A stretch of 64,000 nt of DNA from the NCBI GenBank assembly GCA_041740355.1, contig JBGSMD010000051.1, positions 64,001 to 128,000 on the forward strand. The letters are read 5' to 3'. The position numbers were made by a program, and so were the translations under genes. Positions 39,821 through 48,901 of the stretch are shown here, piece after piece. This DNA comes from Bdellovibrionota bacterium (GTDB lineage: Bacteria; Bdellovibrionota_C; UBA2361; CALJRW01). Below the pieces are notes generated by a model. It was given only the letters and a program-made list of their open reading frames with translations, did not search any database and had not been told where the DNA came from. The first letter of the stretch is position 1. Each line of letters starts with the position of its first letter.

Positions 39821-41888
39821 TTATTGATCGTTGCAGGTAAAATTTTTCAGTAAAAATTTGTTGGTCTTCGGCACATAATAATTGGTTATTCGGTCGTGTT
39901 AGAGTCAAATGAAGGACATTTAATGTGCGTGTAGCAAATGCTGATTCACAATAACAGAGATAATAATTCCAAGCTCTAATAAAACGTTGATCAAATCCAA
40001 GCTTTAAAACTTTAGAGATATTACGATTAAATCTTTTTCGCCATTCAGCTAAAGTTGGCGCATAATGCGGACCAATGTTGACAACTTCTTCGATTTCCAA
40101 ATCTGAACTTTCACGTAATGCTATTTGCATGGCTTCTAAAGATGGTAATAATGAGCCAGGGAAAATATGTTTTTGGATCCAGTCACAACGGCTTTTTAAT
40201 CGTTCAAAATATTGGTCATGAATAGTAATCACTTGAAGTGCAATTAAACCATTCGGAGCAAGAAGGCTTTCACATTTTGCAAAAAAATTTTGATAGTTTT
40301 TATGCCCAACAGCTTCTAACATTTCAATAGAAACAATTTTATCATACTTGCCAGTTAGTTCACGATAGTCAGAAAATTTAATCTCGACTAAGTTTTCTAA
40401 CTTAGCTTCTTTTATGCGTTCCGTTGCTAAATTAAATTGCTCTTTGGAAATAGTAACTGTTGTAACTCGACACCCTGTTTGCTTTGCAACCGCAATAGCG
40501 AAAGAGCCCCACCCACTTCCAATCTCTAAAACATGATCGTCTTTGGTAATTCTAGCCTTAGCAATTAAAGCTTGAATTTTGTTAGCTTGCGCTGCTTCTA
40601 ATGTTTGGCATTCAGGGCTGTATAATGCTGAAGAGTACATCAAACTATCATCCAAAAATGTTTTGAATAAATCATTACTTAAATCATAGTGGGCAGATAT
40701 GTTTTTCTTCGCACCTTCCAAAGAATTAAATCTAAACAAGTGTCTAAGATATTCAACTTTTTCAAAAAAATAATTTAATAGTCTGTTCCGCTTTTCAACG
40801 TGTTGCTTATTAGCAATAAAGAAATCGATCACGGCTGTTAAATTGGCAGTTTTCCAAAGCTCATCAGTGTAAGACTCTCCCAGACCAATTGCTCCATCAC
40901 GCACCAATCTCCAGAAAAATTCATAATGCTGAACTTGAATCTCGGCTTGTGGCGACTGTTGGGAATCGCCAAAGAAAATAATCCGATTATCAGGTAGGAT
41001 TATCTTAAGAAACCCTTGATCGAAGGTTTTAAATAATTTTACTATTTTAGTCTGAGACCAAGCATGTAAAAAATTAGCTGGTCCAGTGAATAGTGTATGA
41101 ATGCTAACCGGCTTAGGCTTTCGAAATACTGGCAATTTTTTAATGTAATACATCTTTGCGGCTTGGTAGATAATCCTTGGATAAGTTAGACTAGCTGTGA
41201 GCGGGAACTTAACAAAAATTTTTAATAAATTAGCGGTATTAAACTCGACTCCCTTCCCCCAGACACGAGAATAAAAATCGACCTTTGAAATTCCGTCTTT
41301 TTCTCTCAGAACATTCAGGCGGATATCTAAATCTGTTGTTATTTCTGAAAACCAGAAGTCATACATCCCATCCATCGGATAAAAAGGGGAGACATGAAAT
41401 GACTTGGGGACAGTGTAATGTTTAGTGAATTTGCTTTGATCGGCTATGCTTTGCTCTTGGTCAAGTAAGTAAATATGACGTTCTTGAAAAGTATTGTTTA
41501 CCTCTGCAACGACATAAACTAATTGTCGATCTTCTCCATAACAATAAAAAAAACTTACTGGATTAAAAACATAATTAAAATAACGAGCACTAGTAATGAG
41601 CATCACTCGTTCAATTTTTTGGTTCAACTGATTTTTTGTTAAATACTTTAGTAGCTTTTCTTTGATAGTGAGACTAGAATTATCGAGGTAGTCTTGATCA
41701 AAAATGGCAGTAATCCGTTTTTTGTTGTATCCAAAAATCCAGGAATTTAATATTGGTAACTCATCCAAATCTAAGGCATAAAAATATATTGGATAGGCAA
41801 AAGAATAATCAACTGGCCCCGTTCGACTGTGCATAACTCGGCCATCAAATATTTTTGACTGTTTACTATGACCTACAAGATCAGCCAT
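39807..41888 (-). CDS. Fusion of DUF1365 (UfaO-like) and cyclopropane-fatty-acyl synthase-family methyltransferase (UfaM/Cfa-like)
   Basis: N-terminal: H.R..P..Y.F.Y, FNPVSFFYC, AEVNNTF.ERH.Y, KSFHVSPF. C-terminal: HYDLSN, YSSA, LEIGSGWG, SIEMLEAVG, IFPG, W.YYL.YCE. Confidence 0.88.
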   Translation of the reverse strand: MADLVGHSKQSKIFDGRVMHSRTGPVDYSFAYPIYFYALDLDELPILNSWIFGYNKKRITAIFDQDYLDNSSLTIKEKLLKYLTKNQLNQKIERVMLITSARYFNYVFNPVSFFYCYGEDRQLVYVVAEVNNTFQERHIYLLDQEQSIADQSKFTKHYTVPKSFHVSPFYPMDGMYDFWFSEITTDLDIRLNVLREKDGISKVDFYSRVWGKGVEFNTANLLKIFVKFPLTASLTYPRIIYQAAKMYYIKKLPVFRKPKPVSIHTLFTGPANFLHAWSQTKIVKLFKTFDQGFLKIILPDNRIIFFGDSQQSPQAEIQVQHYEFFWRLVRDGAIGLGESYTDELWKTANLTAVIDFFIANKQHVEKRNRLLNYFFEKVEYLRHLFRFNSLEGAKKNISAHYDLSNDLFKTFLDDSLMYSSALYSPECQTLEAAQANKIQALIAKARITKDDHVLEIGSGWGSFAIAVAKQTGCRVTTVTISKEQFNLATERIKEAKLENLVEIKFSDYRELTGKYDKIVSIEMLEAVGHKNYQNFFAKCESLLAPNGLIALQVITIHDQYFERLKSRCDWIQKHIFPGSLLPSLEAMQIALRESSDLEIEEVVNIGPHYAPTLAEWRKRFNRNISKVLKLGFDQRFIRAWNYYLCYCESAFATRTLNVLHLTLTRPNNQLLCAEDQQIFTEKFYLQRSINAKS

Positions 41889-43135
41889 TAGTTTAACGCC
41901 TTAACTTTAAAATGTGAGGCAAGATTATTGGAAGAGACAACAGCATCTTCATGAAACCCATATCCTAAATAACTTCCGGCATAAAAAATATTAGAACGAC
42001 CATTAAAGGACTTGATTATTTTTTGAGTTAGTAAACTTTCACTGGTATAAAGTGGATGATAATATTCATACTCTTTAATAATCTTACGCGGATCAATTTG
42101 ATGATTAGGACTGAGCGTTACTAAATATCTCTCTTTGGTCGTCAGTCCTTGTAATCGATTCATATCATAAGTAACTGATAGTGACTGTCCATCCTCAGTT
42201 TCTTCAGCATTATAGTTCCAGGAAGCCCAAGCCCGAGGATTTTTTGGTAAGACACTTAAATCGGTGTGCAGAACTGTATGATTATAATTATAGGTCCACT
42301 TTGAAAAACAATTAGTTTCTTCAATAGAAGGATTACTAAAAATTGGTAAAATTTGATCGGCATGCAAAGCAAAAATCAGATAATCAAATTTATCTTCTGA
42401 GCTTATTGTCTTTACAGTCACACCAATATCGCCGCGAGTAATTAGCTCCACTGGGCTATCAAGTAATATTTCCCCTTTGAAGTTTTGCTTAAATTTCTTG
42501 ACATATTCCTGACTTCCACCGACTACCGTTTGCCATTTTGGACGATCTTGAAGTGACAATAATCCGTGATTCTTGAAGAAATTAATAAATGTTAAGGCTG
42601 GGAACTTGAGCATCTCAATACTAGGCGTTGACCAAATCGAGGCCCCAATGGGCAAAATGTAATCATTAATCAAAGTCTTGCTATATTTTTTTGACTTTAA
42701 GTAGTCTCCCAGAGTCAATTCTAAGAGACCATTTCCCCTTAAATCTTCTGAGGAATTCTTACAAAACAATTGCAACTCAAACAAAAATCTATAAAATTTT
42801 GGGCGTAAAAGATTAAGCCGGTCCGCAAAAAATCCATTCAGTCCAGTTCCGGCATATGCCAGCTTCCGAGATTTAGAGTGAAAGGCAAATGACATATCAG
42901 AATATCGTATTGGTACATCAAGGATCTCTAAAAACTTAGTAAAGGTTGGATAAGTTTGATCGTTAAGAACAATAAATCCCGTGTCTACTGCAATGCCCGG
43001 CGAAACTTCCACAGTATTAGTATGCCCACCCAAATAGGAGTTGGCTTCGAATATCGTTACTTGGTAACTATCTTGAAGCAACTGAGCAGAGACAATCCCA
43101 GCGACACCTCCTCCAATTATTGCAACTCTTTTCAT
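41888..43135 (-). CDS. FAD-dependent oxidoreductase (UfaD/RSP_1091-like fatty acyl desaturase)
   Basis: IIGGGVAG, LGGHTNT, VDTGFIVLN..TYP, FFKNHGLL, AWASWNY, GFHEDA. Confidence 0.85.
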   Translation of the reverse strand: MKRVAIIGGGVAGIVSAQLLQDSYQVTIFEANSYLGGHTNTVEVSPGIAVDTGFIVLNDQTYPTFTKFLEILDVPIRYSDMSFAFHSKSRKLAYAGTGLNGFFADRLNLLRPKFYRFLFELQLFCKNSSEDLRGNGLLELTLGDYLKSKKYSKTLINDYILPIGASIWSTPSIEMLKFPALTFINFFKNHGLLSLQDRPKWQTVVGGSQEYVKKFKQNFKGEILLDSPVELITRGDIGVTVKTISSEDKFDYLIFALHADQILPIFSNPSIEETNCFSKWTYNYNHTVLHTDLSVLPKNPRAWASWNYNAEETEDGQSLSVTYDMNRLQGLTTKERYLVTLSPNHQIDPRKIIKEYEYYHPLYTSESLLTQKIIKSFNGRSNIFYAGSYLGYGFHEDAVVSSNNLASHFKVKALN

Positions 43136-43177
43136 AATACTAGACCTGGTTAAAATTACTATTTTAAAAAATTCCGC

Positions 43178-44203
43178 CTAGTATCTTTTCTTAGGTTTAA
43201 ATAAATAATGACTCACGAGCCATTCCTGACCATCTTTAAACCCAAATAATTCAGCACAAGATAAGAAAAAGATTAACCAGCGTCGATACCATACTTTAGC
43301 TAATTTTTTACCGTATGTCTTTTCTAATATTGGCATTACATCATTTCGATGATTTTTAATGTTCTCCGCCCATGCATTAGCAGTTTTCTGATAATTTGTG
43401 CCTAAGACATCCCATTGTTCAATTATTTGAAGATCTTGATCATATTGATAGAATAGTTTTTTGCTAGGCATGGTACCGCCAGCAAAGAAATATTTGGCCA
43501 TCCACTGATCACTCCGATCTTCATTAAAAAAATAAGTTAGGTTTTGATGACAAAAAACATGCACAAACATTAAGCCTTCAGGCACTAGCCAGCCAGCAAT
43601 TTTTTTAAAAAGCTCCGAATAATTACGCAAATGCTCAAACATTTCTACCGATACAATGCGATCATATTTTTTATTTAATTCTAAATCGTTAATATCAGCT
43701 GTAATCACTTGGATGTTTTCTAGGCCGCGAGCTTCCGCTGTTGCCATGATAAATTCACGTTGAATCCGAGAGTTAGAAACAGAAGTGATTTGAGAATCGG
43801 GGAAATGCTTGGCGGCATATAGTGAAAATGATCCCCACCCACAACCTAATTCTAAAATACTTTGTCCATTTATTATTTGTGCACGAGTGGCAATTTCTGC
43901 AAGAGAATCAGTCTCTGCTTGGGCTAGACCGTTTACTCCAGGATAAAATGTTGATCCGCTATATTTAAGATTAGGACCTAAAACTTTAATAAAAAACTCA
44001 TACGGTAATTCATAATGTTGTTGATTCGCTTCTTTGCTTGCTAGAGAAATTTTTCCTGATTGCAAATGCTGTAGTTCCTTAGCCACCAAAGTTTGTTGAT
44101 TACTTTCGTGCCCCAATCTTTTTCTTAAAAGATTTCTAATACCCATGCGAATCAATCGATCTGGGACAGGAAAATTTTCAGCAATTTGGATACTTAAACT
44201 CAT
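43178..44203 (-). CDS. SAM-dependent methyltransferase, Cfa/coclaurine N-methyltransferase-like
   Basis: ANQQHYELP, LELGCGWGS, VSNS..Q, SVEMFEH, WMAKYFF.GG.MPS, CAELFG. Confidence 0.88.
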   Translation of the reverse strand: MSLSIQIAENFPVPDRLIRMGIRNLLRKRLGHESNQQTLVAKELQHLQSGKISLASKEANQQHYELPYEFFIKVLGPNLKYSGSTFYPGVNGLAQAETDSLAEIATRAQIINGQSILELGCGWGSFSLYAAKHFPDSQITSVSNSRIQREFIMATAEARGLENIQVITADINDLELNKKYDRIVSVEMFEHLRNYSELFKKIAGWLVPEGLMFVHVFCHQNLTYFFNEDRSDQWMAKYFFAGGTMPSKKLFYQYDQDLQIIEQWDVLGTNYQKTANAWAENIKNHRNDVMPILEKTYGKKLAKVWYRRWLIFFLSCAELFGFKDGQEWLVSHYLFKPKKRY

Positions 44204-44211
44204 AACAAAAT

Positions 44212-44994
44212 CTATTTGGACTCAAACCAAGGGAAAAACTTACTAGTTTTTTGCTGATATGCCCGATAGGCCTCACCTCGAGTTGCCAGTGCCTGTTTCT
44301 CAGAGGGGGGAACTCCCGTCACAAATAACAGCAATAAAAACATTAATAATGGCGAAATTAAGGAAATTATAAATCCTGAAGTCCCTATAATAAAAATAGG
44401 ATAACTAAGCCAGATGATCCATTCAAAAAAGTAATTAGGGTGTCTGGAATATTTCCACAGTCCTAAATTACAGACTGGGCCCGCCTCAGCCCCTAGACTT
44501 CTAAATTTTGCTAGTTGAGAATCAGCTAAAGCTACACCTTGATATCCTATAAAGAATATCGTTAGGCCTAAATAGTCCCAAAAACTAAAATCTATCTTAT
44601 TAAAGATGTAACGAAACGGAAGAGCTAATATTCCAGCTATTAAAATCTGAGCTAAGAACAAAAGATAGAACTTACTTTTTGCTTTAACTCCCCACTTTGT
44701 TCGAAGCGTTTGATAGCGTCGATCTTCACCCTTTTTGAGGATGCGCCCAAATAAAATTAATTGTCCTAATCTTAAGGCCCAAATAAAAATTAGCACGAAG
44801 ATAATTACATTTCTTGTCTCAAAAGAATTATGAAGGAAATAAAATAATCCCCAGGAGAGAACTAAGCAGGTCCAAGCAAAATCAGCTAAATCACCTTTAT
44901 GATACTTTTGTGCTAAAAAATATAAACCATGAATTAAAAGTAATTGAGCAAATAATAAATATATAATATTAATCATCTCGATATTGTGCTGCAA
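44212..44994 (-). CDS. DUF1295 (steroid 5-alpha-reductase-like) membrane protein
   Basis: EDRRY, ADSQL, GLWKYSRHPNYFFE, Y..YQ..TS.F.PW. Confidence 0.88.
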   Translation of the reverse strand: MQHNIEMINIIYLLFAQLLLIHGLYFLAQKYHKGDLADFAWTCLVLSWGLFYFLHNSFETRNVIIFVLIFIWALRLGQLILFGRILKKGEDRRYQTLRTKWGVKAKSKFYLLFLAQILIAGILALPFRYIFNKIDFSFWDYLGLTIFFIGYQGVALADSQLAKFRSLGAEAGPVCNLGLWKYSRHPNYFFEWIIWLSYPIFIIGTSGFIISLISPLLMFLLLLFVTGVPPSEKQALATRGEAYRAYQQKTSKFFPWFESK

Positions 44995-46234
44995 AATAAA
45001 TTGCTAAAAAATAGCAAAGTGCTGGAATACCAGCATATAATATAATTAAGCCAATTTTTATTGTACTTGAGGGAGCGACTTCTGTCTGATAACCAATTAG
45101 CTCTAATATTGGAAAGGCACAACCAGCTGCGACAGCTGCTGATAGTTTTTTTGCCAGAGACCAATAACCAATCATTTGGGCGTCTAAATTCTGATCAGCT
45201 GTTTTACTAGCTTCTTCGGCGACATCAGCTTGTAAGGTTGCCGGGACAATAATTGCCCCTCCCAGCGCAAAGCTAGAAAGGACGATAATTGTTAAATAAT
45301 AATATTGGTCACCTGCTCCCAAGAAAATCACAGCTAAAAACGAGACAGAGGATAATGTTAGACTTTGTAACCAAGCCCGACGTTTACCCATTTTTTTTGT
45401 CCAATAAATCCAGAAGGGAATAAAGATTAGTACCCCTAGAAAATAAAGCAAAATTAGTTGATTACCCAAATCACTTTCTAAGACATGATCGATATAAAAT
45501 AAAATCATTGCTCCCGATAAAGTCGAGCCAAAACTTATCAAAGCATAGGTTATTAATAGGATTTTAAACCCTGGTATCTGGAGCAAAGTTTTTAAAGAAT
45601 TTTGATTAGGATTTGAACTAGTAGTTTGTGTGAAGGTATTATTAGGCAAAAAATAGTAAATCAGGAGTGCCCCAATCAACAACAATATTCCATAAAAAAT
45701 GCTGCTTACTGACAAATGCGTAAAACTTGTATTTGATTCGGAATAGAATTTCGTAATTAGGACAGGCAATAAGGCCGCCAATACTGTTCCTAATAATAAA
45801 AATGCCTCCCTAGTTCCTAATATTTTAGTCCTTGCTTCGGAGTTGGAACTAAGACTTAAACCAAGACTCTGATACGGTACTGAAAAACCACTCCAGGAAA
45901 CATAAAAAAGAACTGAAAATAGAAAAAACCACAATAATTGATTAGTACCTATTAGCGGATTGGATAAGGCGTAAAAACTTATCGCCAAGGGTAGAGCAAC
46001 TATCAAAATCAATAACTTTCGAAACTTTTGATGTAGATCTACAAACTTACCAATTAGAGGATCTATGACAGCATCACCAACTCTAGTAAGGATAACAATA
46101 ATTCCAAACCAAAAAGCTGAAACTCCTAAAGTATCAACATAATATTTTGGTAAAAATACATAATAACTAAAAGCAACAGCCGACAAACCTAGTGCCGAGA
46201 AGGCATAAAGGAGGGTAGTTTTAAGAATATTCAT
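44969..46234 (-). CDS. MFS transporter, GPH (MelB-like) family
   Basis: DAVIDPLIG, VPYQSL, multiple TMs. Confidence 0.85.
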   Translation of the reverse strand: MNILKTTLLYAFSALGLSAVAFSYYVFLPKYYVDTLGVSAFWFGIIVILTRVGDAVIDPLIGKFVDLHQKFRKLLILIVALPLAISFYALSNPLIGTNQLLWFFLFSVLFYVSWSGFSVPYQSLGLSLSSNSEARTKILGTREAFLLLGTVLAALLPVLITKFYSESNTSFTHLSVSSIFYGILLLIGALLIYYFLPNNTFTQTTSSNPNQNSLKTLLQIPGFKILLITYALISFGSTLSGAMILFYIDHVLESDLGNQLILLYFLGVLIFIPFWIYWTKKMGKRRAWLQSLTLSSVSFLAVIFLGAGDQYYYLTIIVLSSFALGGAIIVPATLQADVAEEASKTADQNLDAQMIGYWSLAKKLSAAVAAGCAFPILELIGYQTEVAPSSTIKIGLIILYAGIPALCYFLAIYFAAQYRDD

Positions 46235-46245
46235 TATCTTTGTGA

Positions 46246-46542
46246 CTATTCCGGCTTGTAAACTTCTTCTTCCAGCTTACTAGTAATTTTATGACGGCAA
46301 GATTCAGACATTTTTTTATTCGGTAATTGTTGTTTGAAATTATCTGATTTAGCAACAACATCCAAAGACTTGATCTGACGAAAAAAGCGTCGACAAAATG
46401 TGCAATGAAAATGATGGAGATAGAAGGTTACTTTTTCTTTAAAACTAAGTTTGCGATCTAAATAATGTGAAGACAGCTCAGAATATCGCTGACAAGATAC
46501 AATCAAAAATAATCCTAAAAATTTTGATATCCGACTTCTCAT
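46246..46542 (-). CDS. Zinc-finger (ZAS/zf-HC2) anti-sigma factor
   Basis: SC....LSS...D..L......H..HC..C motif; 4-nt overlap with upstream sigma. Confidence 0.8.
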   Translation of the reverse strand: MRSRISKFLGLFLIVSCQRYSELSSHYLDRKLSFKEKVTFYLHHFHCTFCRRFFRQIKSLDVVAKSDNFKQQLPNKKMSESCRHKITSKLEEEVYKPE

Positions 46543-47102
46543 TTTTTATACCAATTTTTTTGTAAGCAGTTCCTTAAGCGAGCTCTAATCCGATAAAGTA
46601 TCGTCCAATAGTTAGACGGAGATATATCTAACACTTGGCAAACTTCTTCCGCCTCTTTTTCTTCTAAGTATTTCAAAACGAATACTCGGCGCATGTTTTC
46701 TGGGAGTTTCTCCATACAACTCTGAAAGGCTTGAAGAAATTCTTCATTTTCAATCACTAAATCAGGATGTTCTAGCCAATTTGGAACATAAGTCTTCCAA
46801 ATACCCCAAGCATTAAAATTTCCATCATCGTCATTACCAGGTTCTAAATTGAAATTATAACTTACGGTATCTTCCTTACTGGTCTTACGAAAATTATCAA
46901 TAATTTTGTTACGAAGAATACTGGTTAACCAAGTTTTCTCTGTGGATCGACCTGCAAAACCCTCTCTGGCCCGCCAAGCTGACATTAATGTTTCCTGAAC
47001 TAGATCCTCAGCTAACTCAGGGCTTTTAACTCGTGAAAGCGCATAATTATAAAGATAATCGCCATAATTCTCTAGCCAAGTTTTAGGATTAAAATCATTC
47101 AT
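46539..47102 (-). CDS. ECF sigma-70 factor
   Basis: YGDYLYNYA, AEDLVQET, KTWLTSILRNKIID, region 4 EVCQVLDIS...LYR.R.RLR.CL. Confidence 0.92.
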   Translation of the reverse strand: MNDFNPKTWLENYGDYLYNYALSRVKSPELAEDLVQETLMSAWRAREGFAGRSTEKTWLTSILRNKIIDNFRKTSKEDTVSYNFNLEPGNDDDGNFNAWGIWKTYVPNWLEHPDLVIENEEFLQAFQSCMEKLPENMRRVFVLKYLEEKEAEEVCQVLDISPSNYWTILYRIRARLRNCLQKNWYKK

Positions 47103-47199
47103 CGGTGCAAATTAGAGTATGCAATTCTTACTGTGATGGAAAGAGGTTAAACAATAATATTTTAAAGATTGTAAGTTTTAACGCACTAAGGAAGCTTTA

Positions 47200-47343
47200 T
47201 ATAGTTATGACAAAAACTAATTTCCGAATATTTAAAAGTTAGTTTTGTGATTTTTGCCATAACTATATGATTTTATTATCCCTCCGTGGGATAGTAAGTC
47301 CCAAAAAATAATTTCCAACGGAAGTTACTTTTGACTTACTATA
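47200..47343 (-). repeat. Dispersed three-hairpin intergenic element, copy 4 (inverted)
   Basis: TATAGTTATGACAAAAA..TTTTTGCCATAACTATA, ATCCCTCCGTGGGAT, ATAGTAAGTC..GACTTACTAT. Confidence 0.9.
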
Positions 47344-47393
47344 TATGTCTAACTTACTTTTAAAGAGAAAAATAATTTAATCTAGGATCTATG

Positions 47394-48047
47394 TTACGGT
47401 TTTTTCTTAAAGATTCGAGCGTTGAGTACCTCATGTGCAAGTTTGGAGAGTTCTGTCTTACCAATCGATCTTATCTCGGAACCTAGTTCTTGTAACTCTT
47501 TAAAGAATTCTGCCGCACTCCATTTATAAACTTGATGGTCATACTTAGTTCCAACCCCAACACGAATCTCGCCACTTAGTTTCTCTCCCACAAAATGGCA
47601 GAGTAGCTCTGCCGCAGACTGCTTGGCTAGGAATGCTTCCTGCAGATCCACATCATTCTCGTGTGAAACATGTTTGGTATATCCACTAAGTAATTCATCC
47701 GAACAAAGTTTAGCAGCGAATGAGCCATACGCGCAGATCAAGCTTGATAAGACATCAAATGACTTAGAAAAGGAGTATTCGTGGTTAGCCGCAATAATTA
47801 AGATAACTGTGGCACTGGCAATAAATTGTGAGGCTTCTTTAAGCAAGTCTTTTTCATCCCGAGAAAGATTAGGAAGGCCTGTTTTAATTTCTAACTGAGC
47901 ATCCCGAATTGTCTTGGATAGATGTGTTAATGCTAAAACAAGTGGCTGATGATTTTCGATAGTTGAACGTAGCCGATGCTGCACCAAGAGTGAGTCTACT
48001 TCAATAAAAGAATTTGCAGGCTTTTCTATAAGCTGGGCGATATGCAT
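47394..48047 (-). CDS. Hypothetical helical protein
   Basis: 217-aa ORF, no motif. Confidence 0.6.
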   Translation of the reverse strand: MHIAQLIEKPANSFIEVDSLLVQHRLRSTIENHQPLVLALTHLSKTIRDAQLEIKTGLPNLSRDEKDLLKEASQFIASATVILIIAANHEYSFSKSFDVLSSLICAYGSFAAKLCSDELLSGYTKHVSHENDVDLQEAFLAKQSAAELLCHFVGEKLSGEIRVGVGTKYDHQVYKWSAAEFFKELQELGSEIRSIGKTELSKLAHEVLNARIFKKKP

Positions 48048-48159
48048 ATAATTTTGCTCGGAAAGTCCAAACTATAGCTTTGGATAAACCACAAATGTTA
48101 TGATCTATATAATATAACTGTGTCGATACTTATTTCAATTATAATTTAATGATCAGCAA

Positions 48160-48540
48160 CTAGGCTGCTTGACGCCATTCATATTGAATTCGCTCAATTG
48201 TGCCTGGTAAAGTACGATCTACTAATTCAAGAATTTTAATTAAGGTATCCTGTTCAACAACATTTAAAGCACTAGGATGAGGAAATAATGATAATAAAGT
48301 ATCCACAACCCCTTCTGGGCTTAAACGAAACATTCCAGCTTCACAAAATTTTTCGGCAATATCTAAAATATCAAAAGCATACTCATACTTTAATGCCTCA
48401 ACAAACATTGGCTCTAAATCTTTAAGAAAGATGTAAATTAATTCATCATATACTTCCCCGGGATATGACCTAATTCCTGCCGCGTAGGCAGAGATAATTG
48501 TTTGAAAATTTTCTTGGTATAATTTTAACTTGTTACTCAT
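48160..48540 (-). CDS. Hypothetical protein
   Basis: 126 aa; TAATG coupling to upstream ORF. Confidence 0.6.
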   Translation of the reverse strand: MSNKLKLYQENFQTIISAYAAGIRSYPGEVYDELIYIFLKDLEPMFVEALKYEYAFDILDIAEKFCEAGMFRLSPEGVVDTLLSLFPHPSALNVVEQDTLIKILELVDRTLPGTIERIQYEWRQAA

Positions 48541-48755
48541 TATAGTTTCTCTGAAAGATTGCGGAACACTTCATTCATCCCTGGAGTGATTGAACCAGAG
48601 TCGATTTTTGCACTTTTAAGAAATCTTGCAGTCTCAGTGGCTAAACCTTGTAATTGTCTTTCCAAAACTTCTGGTGAGTGCCGAAATGCAGCTGTAGCAA
48701 GTGGAGTCCGATTACCACTCTTGCCACCATTTACTAATCCATTTCCCTTAGACAT
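48540..48755 (-). CDS. Small hypothetical protein
   Basis: 71 aa; stop overlaps next start. Confidence 0.55.
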   Translation of the reverse strand: MSKGNGLVNGGKSGNRTPLATAAFRHSPEVLERQLQGLATETARFLKSAKIDSGSITPGMNEVFRNLSEKL

Positions 48756-48901
48756 TTTTGAGCCATTAAAGAATAAAACTCTCTAACTCTCTATTCTTTA
48801 ATTTTTAAGCTTATGCTTCTTAAATTGCCCTGATTACCGATTCTACAGAATGAGCTTTCTATAGTTTGCAATTAAGATTTATTCTGTTATTTTAATAGCT
48901 T

